From positions 13,601 to 77,600 of the forward strand of contig JAGWTA010000008.1 of the NCBI GenBank assembly GCA_028869185.1: a DNA stretch of 64,000 nucleotides, given 5' to 3'. The DNA is from Hyphomicrobiales bacterium. GTDB taxonomy: Bacteria; Pseudomonadota; Alphaproteobacteria; Rhizobiales; Beijerinckiaceae. The position numbers and the translations under genes are program-made. Of the stretch, positions 47,662-59,614 are shown in pieces. The notes below the pieces were generated by a model. That model had not been told where the DNA came from. It worked only from the letters and a program-made list of their open reading frames with translations, and made no database searches. Positions within the stretch are counted from its first letter, which is position 1; the number at the start of each line of letters is the position of its first letter.

Positions 47662-50028
47662 TTGACCTTGCCCGAACGTCCATTGCGCCATGATGGCCCC
47701 GCCGCCGGCGGCATAGCCGCGCGCGCGCTGGGCCAGCGCGATGCGCCTTGGCTGTCGGGGCTCAACCCGGAACAGCGTCTGGCCGTGGAAACGCTTGACG
47801 GGCCTGTTCTGGTGCTGGCGGGCGCTGGCACGGGCAAGACGCGCGTCTTGACCTCGCGCATCGCCCACATCATCGCTTCCGGCCGCGCGCGCGCGCACGA
47901 AATTCTCGCCGTCACCTTCACCAACAAGGCTACGCGCGAAATGAAAGAGCGCGTCGCCATGCTCGCCGGCCCCGTGGCGGAAGGCATGCCCTGGCTCGGC
48001 ACGTTCCACGCCATCTCGACCAAGATCCTGCGTCGCCACGCCGAACTGGTTGGCTTGAAATCGAGCTTCACCATTCTCGACACTGACGACCAGATTCGCC
48101 TGCTCAAGCAGATCGTGCAGGCCGAAAACATCGACGAGAAGCGCTGGCCCTCGCGCCAGCTCGCATACGCCATCGACGGCTGGAAAAATCGCGGCCTCAC
48201 TCCCGACAAGGTGCCCGCTGCAGAAGGCGAGGCTTTTGGCGCCGGCAAGGGCGTCAAGCTTTACGCCGCCTATCAGGAGCGGCTGAAAGTTCTCAACGCA
48301 GCCGACTTCGGCGACCTGCTGCTCGAATGCTTGCGGTTGTTTCGCGAAAATCCCGATGTGCTGAAAAGCTGGCAGGAGCGTTTCAAATATCTGCTGGTCG
48401 ACGAATATCAGGACACCAACACGGTCCAATATCTTTGGCTGAAACTCATCGCGCAGGGCCGAGACAATGTATGCTGCGTTGGCGACGACGATCAGTCCAT
48501 TTACGGCTGGCGCGGCGCTGATGTCGACAACATCCTGCGTTTCGAAAAAGACTTTCCAGGCGCGCGCGTGATCCGTCTCGAACGCAATTATCGCTCGACG
48601 GGGCATATTCTGGCCGCGGCTTCCGGGCTGATCGCGCATAATGAAGGCAGGCTCGGCAAAACCCTGTTCACGGACGGCGCCGACGGCGACCGGCCGACCG
48701 TTTCGGGCGTCTGGGATTCGGAAGAAGAAGCCCGCGCGATCGGCGAAGACATCGAACAGCATCAAAAGCGTGGACACGATCTGGAGGAGATCGCGATCCT
48801 TGTGCGCGCTTCCTTCCAGATGCGCGAATTCGAGGAACGGTTCATCACGCTCGGTCTGCCCTATCGCGTCATTGGCGGCCCTCGCTTTTACGAGCGCGCC
48901 GAAATCCGCGATGCGCTCGCCTATCTGCGCGCTGTCGCGCAGCCAGCGGACGATCTGGCGTTTGAGCGCATCGTCAACACGCCCAGGCGCGGCCTCGGCG
49001 ACGCCACGCTGCAAATCATCCACGATCATGCGCGCAGGGCCAACATTCCGCTGATGCAGGCTGCGGCCGCACTGGTGGAAACGGAAGAGCTCAAGCCCAA
49101 ACCCCGCGCGACGCTGCGCACGCTGTTGCAGGATTTTGCGCGCTGGGCGCGCGACCTCGATCAGCGCCCCCACAACGAACTCGCCGAAACAATTCTTGAA
49201 GAAAGCGGCTATGTCGACATGTGGCGCGCCGACCGCACGGCGGAAGCTGCCGGCCGGCTGGAAAATCTGAAGGAACTCGTGCGCGCCATGGAGGAGTTTC
49301 CCGACATGGCTGCTTTCCTCGAACATATTTCGCTCGTGATGGAAAAGGACGATGCGGCAGGCGGCGAGCGCGTGTCCATCATGACGCTGCATGGCGCCAA
49401 GGGCCTCGAATTCGAGACAGTCTATCTTCCGGGCTGGGAAGAAGGGCTTTTCCCGCATCAACGCTCAATCGACGAAAACGGTCGCGCCGGACTCGAAGAG
49501 GAGCGCCGCCTCGCCTATGTCGGCGTTACGCGCGCCAAACGCCGCGCGAAAATCTTCTTCGCCACCAATCGCCGCATCCACGGACTGTGGCAGACAACGA
49601 TCCCCTCGCGTTTTCTGGACGATCTGCCGAGCGCCCACGTCGAGGTGGTGGAAGCCGCCAACGCCTCGCAATACGGCGGCTACGCCCTGTCGCGTTTCGA
49701 GAATATGGACCATTTCGGCTCGTCCTATTCGACGCCCGGCTGGAAACGCGCGCAGGCGCGGAAGGATTCGGGCGGTTTTGGCGCCGGCGCGCCGTTCGGC
49801 AAGGGGCGCGCGCAACATGCGGCGACCAGGCGCGGACCGGTCACAATCGAAGGCGAACTGGTCGCCAAATCCTCGGCCGTCTCGGGCTACGCGAAAGGCG
49901 CGCGCGTCTTTCATCAGAAATTCGGCCCCGGCACTGTGGCGCTGGTGGACGGCAACAAACTCACCGTCGATTTCGACAAGGCCGGCCGCAAGATGGTGCT
50001 GGAAAGCTTCGTGCAGACGGCGACCTGA
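47662..50028 (+). CDS. uvrD: UvrD/Rep-family ATP-dependent DNA helicase (DNA helicase II-like)
   Basis: The motifs are AGAGTGKT (Walker A), LLVDEYQDTN, TLHGAKGLEF and YVGVTRAK. Putative TTG start, so the start is uncertain. Confidence 0.9.
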   Translation: MTLPERPLRHDGPAAGGIAARALGQRDAPWLSGLNPEQRLAVETLDGPVLVLAGAGTGKTRVLTSRIAHIIASGRARAHEILAVTFTNKATREMKERVAMLAGPVAEGMPWLGTFHAISTKILRRHAELVGLKSSFTILDTDDQIRLLKQIVQAENIDEKRWPSRQLAYAIDGWKNRGLTPDKVPAAEGEAFGAGKGVKLYAAYQERLKVLNAADFGDLLLECLRLFRENPDVLKSWQERFKYLLVDEYQDTNTVQYLWLKLIAQGRDNVCCVGDDDQSIYGWRGADVDNILRFEKDFPGARVIRLERNYRSTGHILAAASGLIAHNEGRLGKTLFTDGADGDRPTVSGVWDSEEEARAIGEDIEQHQKRGHDLEEIAILVRASFQMREFEERFITLGLPYRVIGGPRFYERAEIRDALAYLRAVAQPADDLAFERIVNTPRRGLGDATLQIIHDHARRANIPLMQAAAALVETEELKPKPRATLRTLLQDFARWARDLDQRPHNELAETILEESGYVDMWRADRTAEAAGRLENLKELVRAMEEFPDMAAFLEHISLVMEKDDAAGGERVSIMTLHGAKGLEFETVYLPGWEEGLFPHQRSIDENGRAGLEEERRLAYVGVTRAKRRAKIFFATNRRIHGLWQTTIPSRFLDDLPSAHVEVVEAANASQYGGYALSRFENMDHFGSSYSTPGWKRAQARKDSGGFGAGAPFGKGRAQHAATRRGPVTIEGELVAKSSAVSGYAKGARVFHQKFGPGTVALVDGNKLTVDFDKAGRKMVLESFVQTAT

Positions 50029-50088
50029 AACGCGCACTATGCTGCGCATAAGACTATCCGCCAGCCATATCCCTGCTACGCTCCTTCG

Positions 50089-50460
50089 ATGATCCCTGCT
50101 CTCGCCGCTCTCCTCCTTTGCCAGCTCGCGGGCGAAATCGTCGCCCGTGGTCTTGGCCTGCCCGTTCCAGGCCCTGTCATAGGCCTCATCTTTCTGGCGC
50201 TGGGACTGGCGGTCTATTTGCGCCGCCCCGACGCCAAACCGATCGAGGAGACGCGCCTTGGCGAAACCGCCAGCCAGCTTCTTGCTTCGCTCGGCCTTCT
50301 CTTCGTGCCGGCGGGCGTTGGCGTCGTCCAACAATTGCCGCGCATCGCCGAACATGCGCTGGCGATCGTTGTGGCGCTGGTCGGCTCGACGCTCGTGACG
50401 CTGCTGGCGACCGTCTATGTCTTCCTTGTCGTGAAGCGTCTGACGGGAGACGCTGAATGA
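50089..50460 (+). CDS. CidA/LrgA-family holin-like membrane protein
   Basis: 123 aa with four TM segments (MIPALAALLLCQLAGEIVARGLGLPVPGPVIGLIFLAL...). It is coupled to the downstream LrgB-family gene. Confidence 0.85.
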   Translation: MIPALAALLLCQLAGEIVARGLGLPVPGPVIGLIFLALGLAVYLRRPDAKPIEETRLGETASQLLASLGLLFVPAGVGVVQQLPRIAEHALAIVVALVGSTLVTLLATVYVFLVVKRLTGDAE

Positions 50461-51170
50461 GCAATCCTTTCGCGCTCTGGGTCTATCTTTCAACGACGCC
50501 GCTGCTGTGGCTGACAGTCACGCTGACGGTGTGGATCGCCGCCGACAGGATCGCAGCGCGTTGCAAGCGCCACCCGCTCGTCAATCCTGTTCTTCTTTCC
50601 ATCATCGTGCTCGGCGCGCTGCTGACGGTAACGAAGACGCCTTACCAGACCTATTTCGAAGGCGCGCAATTCGTTCACTTTCTACTGGGGCCTGCGACGG
50701 TTGCGATCGCCATTCCGTTGATGCGCAATCGCACGCTGGTTCGGCGCAATCTTTTGCCAATGGCCGCCGCTCTTGTGGCCGGGGCAATCGTCGCGGTTGT
50801 TTCCGTCGTCGCCATCGCCTCGGCTCTTGGCGCGCCGCACGATATTCTGATTGCGCTTGCGCCAAAATCCACCACCGCCGGCATCGCCATGGCCGTGAGC
50901 GAAAGCATGGGCGGCGATCCCGCGCTCACCGCCGTTCTGGTGATTTCGACCGGCATTCTGGGCGCCGTCATCGTCACGCCTTTGATGAATGCGCTGAAGA
51001 TAAACGATTACGCCGCGCGCGGCTTTGCCGTCGGCCTGGCGTCGCATGGCATCGGCACCGCGCGCGCCTTCGCGGTCAGTGAAATTGCCGGCGCCTTTGC
51101 AGGCGTTGCTATGGGTCTCAACGGCGTTGCGACAGCGCTGCTCGCGCCGCTGTTGATGCGCCTCTTCTAG
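50457..51170 (+). CDS. LrgB/CidB-family membrane protein
   Basis: 237-aa polytopic membrane protein. The start overlaps the lrgA-like stop (ATGA). Confidence 0.85.
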   Translation: MSNPFALWVYLSTTPLLWLTVTLTVWIAADRIAARCKRHPLVNPVLLSIIVLGALLTVTKTPYQTYFEGAQFVHFLLGPATVAIAIPLMRNRTLVRRNLLPMAAALVAGAIVAVVSVVAIASALGAPHDILIALAPKSTTAGIAMAVSESMGGDPALTAVLVISTGILGAVIVTPLMNALKINDYAARGFAVGLASHGIGTARAFAVSEIAGAFAGVAMGLNGVATALLAPLLMRLF

Positions 51171-53002
51171 ATTTTTTGCGTCGCCCGTTTCAGCCAAACG
51201 CGCGCCCGCGGAGAAGCGAGCGCCGACAATGTCTTGCGCACGCGCGCATGATAGGCGTTGAGCCAGGCGATCTCCGCCGTCGTCAGCAGCTTGCGCTCGA
51301 TCAGGCGCACGTCGATCGGCGCCAGCGTAATCGTTTCAAATCCGAGCATCGCGCGCTCTGCCCGGTCGACGGCGCGGCGCTCCACCACGATCAGATTTTC
51401 GATGCGAATGCCATAAGCGCCAGCCTTGTAATAGCCGGGCTCGTTGGAAAGGATCATGCCTTCCTCGAGCGCGACGACGCCAAGTTTCGAAATGCGCTGC
51501 GGCCCCTCGTGCACGGACAGATAGGCGCCCACGCCATGCCCCACGCCATGATCGAAATCGAGCCCGGCGTCCCACAGAAACCGCCGCGCGAAAGCATCGA
51601 TCTGCGCGCCGCTCGTGCCTTGCGGAAAAACCGCTGTCGCGATGGCGATATGGCCTTTCAGAACGCGCGTGTAACGGTCGCGCATTTCCGGGTCGGGCTT
51701 GCCGACCGCCACCGTGCGCGTGATGTCGGTCGTGCCGTCTTCGTATTGCCCTCCTGAATCGATGAGGTAAATCCCGCGCCCGATGCGTATGTCGCTCGCC
51801 GCGCTGACGCGATAATGCGGGCTGGCTGCATGCGCGCCGAAGGCGGAAATCGAAGGGAAGGAAATTTCTCGCAAGGCGCCGCCGACGCTGCGAAAATGTT
51901 CAAGCGCTTGCGCCGCCGAAATTTCCGTCAGCCGTCCGCGCGGCGCGTGCTCGTCGAACCAGGCCAGAAACTCCACCATGGCGACCCCGTCGCGCACATG
52001 CGCGGCGCGCGCGCCGGCGATCTCGGCGGCGTTCTTGCGCGCTTTCATCAAGGCGACAGGCTCGCCGCTCAGCCGCGCCTGCCCGCCATCGGATTTGAAC
52101 GCAGCGACGATTTTTTCCGGAACGGTCGCCGCATCGAAAACGACAACAGCCTTTTCACGGCCGAGTTTGCGCATGTCGTCTTCGAGGTGCGCAGGGTCTG
52201 AAAGATCGGCCAGCGGGTCCAACGCCTTGCGCACTGTCGGCGTCAGTTTCGCCGCGTCGAGATAGAGCTGCGGCCGACCCTTTTTGCGAATGTAGGCCCA
52301 GCCCAGCGGCAGCGGCGTATGCGCGACATCGCCGCCGCGAATATTGAAAATCCAGGCGAGCGCATGCGGGTCGGAAACGAGCAGGCCATCGCCCTTCAGC
52401 GCAGCGCTGATGCGCTTCAGTTTGGCTTTCGCCGTTTCGCCCGCAAACCGCGCGGCATGCAGTGTGACGGGCGCGCTCGGCTCTTCCGGCCGCTCGCTCC
52501 AGACGGCGTCGATCGGATTGCGCGCAACCGGCGCCATATGCGCGCCGGCTTCCGCCGCACCCCTGCGCAAGGCCTCGATCTGCGCGGGCGTGTGCAGCCA
52601 GGCGTCGTAGCCGATGCGCGCGCCCTTGCGCGCATGCGCCGCAAGCCAGCGCGCGGGAGGTTCGCTCACGAGATCGCGCGGGGTGAAGGCTTTGGGGTCA
52701 GTTTCTTCGCTCGCCTGCAGCGTATAGCGCCCATCGACAAACAAGGCGGCCTTTTTCGACAGCACGACAGCGGAGCCTGCGGAGCCGGTGAAGCCGGTCA
52801 GCCAGGCGAGCCGTTCGGCCGCAGGCGGCACATATTCGTTTTGATGGGCGTCCGAACGAGGAATAACGAAGCCATCGAGCCCTTGCCGCTTCAATTCGGC
52901 GCGCAAGGCGGCGAGCCTGCCGGCGACCGCGCGGCGGTCGCCACGGGCGTTGAATGACTGGAAGCGGGAAGGTGGAAAGGATGATTCGCGGGCCATGCCC
53001 AA
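51167..53002 (-). CDS. pepP: M24-family Xaa-Pro aminopeptidase (aminopeptidase P)
   Basis: 611 aa. C-terminal pita-bread domain with DHGVGHGVGAYLSVHEGP and NEPGYY. Confidence 0.88.
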   Translation of the reverse strand: MGMARESSFPPSRFQSFNARGDRRAVAGRLAALRAELKRQGLDGFVIPRSDAHQNEYVPPAAERLAWLTGFTGSAGSAVVLSKKAALFVDGRYTLQASEETDPKAFTPRDLVSEPPARWLAAHARKGARIGYDAWLHTPAQIEALRRGAAEAGAHMAPVARNPIDAVWSERPEEPSAPVTLHAARFAGETAKAKLKRISAALKGDGLLVSDPHALAWIFNIRGGDVAHTPLPLGWAYIRKKGRPQLYLDAAKLTPTVRKALDPLADLSDPAHLEDDMRKLGREKAVVVFDAATVPEKIVAAFKSDGGQARLSGEPVALMKARKNAAEIAGARAAHVRDGVAMVEFLAWFDEHAPRGRLTEISAAQALEHFRSVGGALREISFPSISAFGAHAASPHYRVSAASDIRIGRGIYLIDSGGQYEDGTTDITRTVAVGKPDPEMRDRYTRVLKGHIAIATAVFPQGTSGAQIDAFARRFLWDAGLDFDHGVGHGVGAYLSVHEGPQRISKLGVVALEEGMILSNEPGYYKAGAYGIRIENLIVVERRAVDRAERAMLGFETITLAPIDVRLIERKLLTTAEIAWLNAYHARVRKTLSALASPRARVWLKRATQKI

Positions 53003-53196
53003 GGTTTAGGAAACGCCTGCGCGCCGCGCAAACGGCTGGCGCGCGGCAGCCATGCATTATTGATATAGCAAATTGAACGAATCGGTCATATTTCGCATGG
53101 ATAAAAGCTGCCATTGGCTGCAGCCAAAGCAGCGGCGCTCAAAAGCCGCGATGGAAACGTTCGGGACTTTGAAGTCAGACCAGACGGAGAGACCCA

Positions 53197-53409
53197 ATGA
53201 CGACCCTGTCCATCCCTTCCCAGACATTCGGCGCGCGTAAAACCGCCACTGGCCCGAGCCTGTGGGCCCGCGCAAGGAATTTTGCGAGCGATCATCGCCG
53301 CCGTGCGGCCGATCGGGCCATCGAGCGTTACGTCGCTGGACGCCGCTGGTCGGATTCCTGCGAACGCGACATTGACGAACTGATCGCGCGCGGCGACGGA
53401 CGCTTTTAA
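53197..53409 (+). CDS. hypothetical small basic protein (70 aa)
   Basis: The ORF has a good Shine-Dalgarno (GGAGAG, then 5 nt to the ATG). No family was recognised. Confidence 0.4.
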   Translation: MTTLSIPSQTFGARKTATGPSLWARARNFASDHRRRAADRAIERYVAGRRWSDSCERDIDELIARGDGRF

Positions 53410-53418
53410 GCGCTCGCT

Positions 53419-54384
53419 CTAGTCTTCAAAGATTTGCGGTCGCGGCGCAGCGCCGCCGCGCCGCAGGACGAGCGTCGCCCAGCCGTCGATATCGCTGCGG
53501 CGCTGCAGCGCAAATCCCTGAGCGGCATAAGCGGACAGAACGCCGGCGACATCGCGCGCGAGCAGACCTGATAACACCAGTTCCGCATCGAACGACGCCG
53601 CACGCGCGATCTGCGGCGCCATCAGCCGCAGCGGACGCGCCAGAATGTTCGCGAAGATAAGATCGTAAGGCCCGCGGTCGCGCAGATCGGGATGCATTGC
53701 GCCGCGCGCCGTCACGGGCCGCACATAAGGCGCAGCGCGATTGAGCCGCGCATTGGCGCGCGCGGCCTCTGTGGCGACGGGATCGATATCGCCTGCAGCC
53801 ACCTTCATGCGCCACAGCCGCGCGGCCGCAATGGCGAGAACGCCGGTTCCAGTGCCAACATCGAGAATGGCGGAAGGGCGCCGGCGCTTGCCCACAAGAT
53901 CCAGCGCGCGCAAACAGCCGAGCGTCGTGCCGTGATGGCCCGTTCCGAAGGCAAGCGCCGCTTCAATCTCCAGCCCGATGTCGTTGGCGCGCGGCGCGGC
54001 GCGATCATGCGAGCCATGCACGAGAAAACGGCCGGCGCGCACCGGCGCCAGCCCTTCCAGCGAGGCCGCCACCCAGTCCTTCTCCGCCACGCGCGAAAAA
54101 ATCAGCGCCTGCGCGGCCGCCTCTCCGGCCGCGACGCGCACGAGATCGCGGATCGCAGCTTCATCCGGCGCATGACCGAAAAAGACCTCGACGCTCCAGC
54201 GTCCGGTCTCCCAGCGTTCGCTGGACGGCTCCGTTTCGAAAGCAGCAGCCGCCGTCTCCGCAGGGTCGAATGTTTCGACGATGATATCGGCGACGCGGCG
54301 CGCCGTTTCGGCGTCGGTGTCCAGCCGCATGACATGTGCGGCGCCGTTGGGAGGCAGGCCTTCGAGCATGGCCGCGCTTAACAT
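53419..54384 (-). CDS. prmA: ribosomal protein L11 methyltransferase
   Basis: SAM-binding motif ILDVGTGTGVLAIAA and the PrmA-like N-terminal domain (ETFDPAETAAAAFE). The start is uncertain: ATG at 54384 or 54369. The ORF-track start at 54429 would abut the divergent gene. Confidence 0.85.
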   Translation of the reverse strand: MLSAAMLEGLPPNGAAHVMRLDTDAETARRVADIIVETFDPAETAAAAFETEPSSERWETGRWSVEVFFGHAPDEAAIRDLVRVAAGEAAAQALIFSRVAEKDWVAASLEGLAPVRAGRFLVHGSHDRAAPRANDIGLEIEAALAFGTGHHGTTLGCLRALDLVGKRRRPSAILDVGTGTGVLAIAAARLWRMKVAAGDIDPVATEAARANARLNRAAPYVRPVTARGAMHPDLRDRGPYDLIFANILARPLRLMAPQIARAASFDAELVLSGLLARDVAGVLSAYAAQGFALQRRSDIDGWATLVLRRGGAAPRPQIFED

Positions 54385-54427
54385 GGCCCGCTCGCGCGGC
54401 CAAGCGCGGCGGGCTAGATTGACCTGC

Positions 54428-54715
54428 ATGAAACGATTCCTCTTCGCGCTGTGGCTCGTCGCCCTGCCGGCGCTCGCCGGCGAAACGCCGCCCGCGCCGT
54501 CGCCGCTCCCGGCGCCCGGCGAAACGCCGCTCGCCTATGGCAAGAGCCACGCCGATTGCGCCGAATGGACCGACAGCTGCATCGTATGCAAACGCGCGGA
54601 AGGAACGATCGCCTGTTCGACGCCGGGCGTCGCCTGCGTCAGCGGCGAGACGATCTGCCGCGCGCCGGCGCTTGCCACCGAACCGCCGGCCAAATCTGAA
54701 ACAGAGAACAAATAA
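54428..54715 (+). CDS. small secreted Cys-rich protein (6 Cys), function unknown
   Basis: Signal peptide MKRFLFALWLVALPALAGE. The mature part has the spacing C-x6-C-x2-C-x9-C-x6-C-x7-C (CAEWTDSCIVCKRAEGTIACSTPGVACVSGETIC). Confidence 0.6.
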   Translation: MKRFLFALWLVALPALAGETPPAPSPLPAPGETPLAYGKSHADCAEWTDSCIVCKRAEGTIACSTPGVACVSGETICRAPALATEPPAKSETENK

Positions 54716-54734
54716 GCCGGCGCGACGCCGCCGG

Positions 54735-56828
<2,094 letters not shown>

Positions 56829-56866
56829 CTAGCGAAATTTTGCGTCGGATGCGAGGCGCACCGGTC

Positions 56867-58579
56867 TCACGAACGTTTTTTGGGCTTTGCCGCGGCTGTT
56901 TGTGGCGCCGTGTCCTCGTCCGCCATCAGCCGCGCGGCGGCGGCGCGCGCTTCGGCGGTGATCGTCGCGCCCGACAGCATGCGCGCAATTTCCTCTCGCC
57001 GCGCTTCGGGCGGGAGGACTTCAACGCCTGTTGCGACGCGTTTGCCCTTGTCGGCGTTCGCCTTCGCGATGCGCAGATGTTGGGCGGCGCGGGCCGCGAC
57101 CTGCGGCGCATGCGTGACCGCCAGCGCCTGCACGCGGCTCGACAATCGCGCAAGGCGTTGGCCGATCGCATCCGCCACCGCGCCGCCGACGCCTGTGTCG
57201 ATTTCGTCGAAAACCAGCGTCGGCGCAGACCCCTTGTCGGCGAGCGTCACTTTCAACGCGAGCATGAAACGCGCGAGTTCGCCGCCTGAAGCCACTTTCA
57301 TCAGCGGCCCCGGCCGCGAGCCTGGATTGGTCTGCACCCAGAATTCGATCCTGTCGACGCCATCGGCTCCAGTATGGGCGCCGTCGCTCTCCACACGCGT
57401 CGTAAACTCCGCACGGTCGAGCTTGAGCGGCGCAAGTTCGGCCATGACCGCCTTATCGAGCCGCTTTGCCGCCGCTGCGCGCGCTTTCGATAAAAGCGCA
57501 GCTCGCTTGTCGAAATCCGCGCGTGCGCGCTTTTCGTCTTCGGCGAGCTTTTTCAATCCGCTTTCGCCCGCCGCCAGCGCAGCGATGCCTTGCGCGAATT
57601 GTTCGGCCAGCGCCGGCAGGCTTTCGACCGGCGTCTGATATTTGCGGGCGGCGGCGCGCAGGGCGAACAGCCTTTCTTCGACGCGCTCCAGTTCACGCGG
57701 ATCGAAATTGGCGGCGTCGACCGCGTGCTCGAGCGCATGGCGCGCCTGTTCCAGCGCATCAAGCGCCGCGCCCAGCGCGCCAAGGCAGGGATCGATCAAA
57801 CCAGGCGCCTGCGGCTGACGGCGATCGAGCTTGCGCAGCGCGGACGAAAGCGCAGCGATCGGCGAGCCCTCGCCGCCAATCATGTCATGCGCTTCGCTGA
57901 GGTCGCTGGCGACCTTTTCCGATTGCATCATCGCTTGCCGGCGTGCGGAAAGGCGCTCTTCCTCGCCCGCTTCCGGCGCGAGTTTCGACAGTTCGGCATG
58001 CGCGTGATTGAGGTAATCGGCTTCAGCCCGCGCTTGTGCGACGCGCGCCTCCTCAAGCGCGAGCGATTCCTGCGCCGCACGCAGGGCGCGGTAGGCGGCG
58101 CGCACGCCTTCGACATCAGGCGCAAGACTGCCGAATGCATCGACAAGATCGCGATGCGTCGCAGGATCGACCAGTGCGCGGTCGTCATGCTGGCCGTGAA
58201 TTTCCACGAGCGCGCGGCCGATGGCGCGCAATGCCTGCGCGCTGACGGCCTGATCGTTCACGAATGCGCGCGTACGCCCGTCCGCCATCTGCACGCGCCG
58301 CAAAATGAGATCGCCCTCGTCGTCGATCTCCTGCGCGCGCGCAATCAGGCGCGCCGGATGGTCCATCGCAAGATCGAAAACCGCAGTAACCTGCCCTTGC
58401 GATTGGCCTGCGCGGACCAGATTGCCATCTCCCCTGGCGCCGAGCGCAAGCGAAAAGGCGTCAAGCAGGATGGATTTGCCGGCGCCCGTCTCGCCGGTGA
58501 GCACGGTCAGCCCCGGCCCAACCTCAAGATCGAGCCGATCTATCAGCACTATGTCGCGGATGGCGAGTTGAACCAACAT
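56867..58579 (-). CDS. recN: DNA repair protein RecN (SMC-like ATPase)
   Basis: It has the sequence MLVQLAIRDIVLIDRLDLEVGPGLTVLTGETGAGKSILLDA, a long coiled coil, and a C-terminal FDEIDTGVGG. Confidence 0.95.
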   Translation of the reverse strand: MLVQLAIRDIVLIDRLDLEVGPGLTVLTGETGAGKSILLDAFSLALGARGDGNLVRAGQSQGQVTAVFDLAMDHPARLIARAQEIDDEGDLILRRVQMADGRTRAFVNDQAVSAQALRAIGRALVEIHGQHDDRALVDPATHRDLVDAFGSLAPDVEGVRAAYRALRAAQESLALEEARVAQARAEADYLNHAHAELSKLAPEAGEEERLSARRQAMMQSEKVASDLSEAHDMIGGEGSPIAALSSALRKLDRRQPQAPGLIDPCLGALGAALDALEQARHALEHAVDAANFDPRELERVEERLFALRAAARKYQTPVESLPALAEQFAQGIAALAAGESGLKKLAEDEKRARADFDKRAALLSKARAAAAKRLDKAVMAELAPLKLDRAEFTTRVESDGAHTGADGVDRIEFWVQTNPGSRPGPLMKVASGGELARFMLALKVTLADKGSAPTLVFDEIDTGVGGAVADAIGQRLARLSSRVQALAVTHAPQVAARAAQHLRIAKANADKGKRVATGVEVLPPEARREEIARMLSGATITAEARAAAARLMADEDTAPQTAAAKPKKRS

Positions 58580-58597
58580 GGCCCGCCGGCGGCAGCA

Positions 58598-59482
58598 TCA
58601 GCCTGCGATTTTGTGGAAAGCTTTCGAAATCCACGACGATTGATCTTCGCGCGGCTCAAGCCCGCCCGTCTTCAAACGCGCGTAAGCGTCCTTGTACCAT
58701 TGCGATTCGGGGTAATTGTGCCCCAGAACCGCAGCCGCAGTCTGCGCTTCGTTGACGATGCCGAGCCGCAGATAGGCTTCCACCAGACGATAAAGCGCCT
58801 CCTCGGTATGGCGCGTTGTCTGATATTTGCCGATAACCTCGCGGAAGCGGTTGATGGCGGCCGTGTAATTGCTTTGTTCGAGGTAATAGCGACCGACCTT
58901 CATCTCGCGCGCAGCGACCTGGTCGCGCGCAACGCCGATCTTGTATTTGGCGTCGGAGGCGTATTCCGATTTCGGGTATTTCTCGACCAGCTGCGAGAAG
59001 ATCGCCATCGCCTTTTCGGCGCGTTCCTGATCTCGATCGGCTTCCGGGATCTGATTATAATAGGACATGCCCGCCAGATAATAGATGTACGGCGTATCGG
59101 CGGAATTGGGATAAAGACCGACATAGCGATTGGCCGTGCCGATCGCGTCATCGTACTTGCCGCCCGTATATTCGGAATAAGTCTGCATCAGCAATGCTTT
59201 GCGCGACCATTCGGATTTCGGATACTCCTTGCCAAGGTCGCCGAATTTCTTGTTGGCGCCTTCGTAATCGCGGTTCTTCATCCGCGCGAGGCCTTGATTG
59301 TACAGCGTGTCGGCGGGCGTATCGACGAGAATCTTCGTCTCGTATTTCTCACCGCCGAACAGGTTGCTGAACGGATTGGCGAGGCCGCCGTCGGCGCAGC
59401 CGGCGAGCGAGCCTGCGGCAGCGGCCGCCGTCAGAAAACGGACGGCGCGCGCGGGGAGAAAAGCGGGGAACGAAATCGGCAT
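58598..59482 (-). CDS. bamD: outer membrane protein assembly factor BamD (TPR lipoprotein)
   Basis: Lipobox in AAAGSLAGCADG, then TPR-like repeats (LYNQGLARMKNRDYEGANKKF...). Start placed at the ATG at 59482. Confidence 0.88.
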   Translation of the reverse strand: MPISFPAFLPARAVRFLTAAAAAGSLAGCADGGLANPFSNLFGGEKYETKILVDTPADTLYNQGLARMKNRDYEGANKKFGDLGKEYPKSEWSRKALLMQTYSEYTGGKYDDAIGTANRYVGLYPNSADTPYIYYLAGMSYYNQIPEADRDQERAEKAMAIFSQLVEKYPKSEYASDAKYKIGVARDQVAAREMKVGRYYLEQSNYTAAINRFREVIGKYQTTRHTEEALYRLVEAYLRLGIVNEAQTAAAVLGHNYPESQWYKDAYARLKTGGLEPREDQSSWISKAFHKIAG

Positions 59483-59614
59483 CGCGTTGGCGCTCACTAG
59501 AAATTCGGTGTCGGTCGGACTCGCGTCCGTCCGGGCATTGCGGCTCTTAGCCCAATTTACGGACCGACGCCACTGCGGCGCCGACAAAGGCACGCAATTA
59601 CGGCGAAGGCGCGG

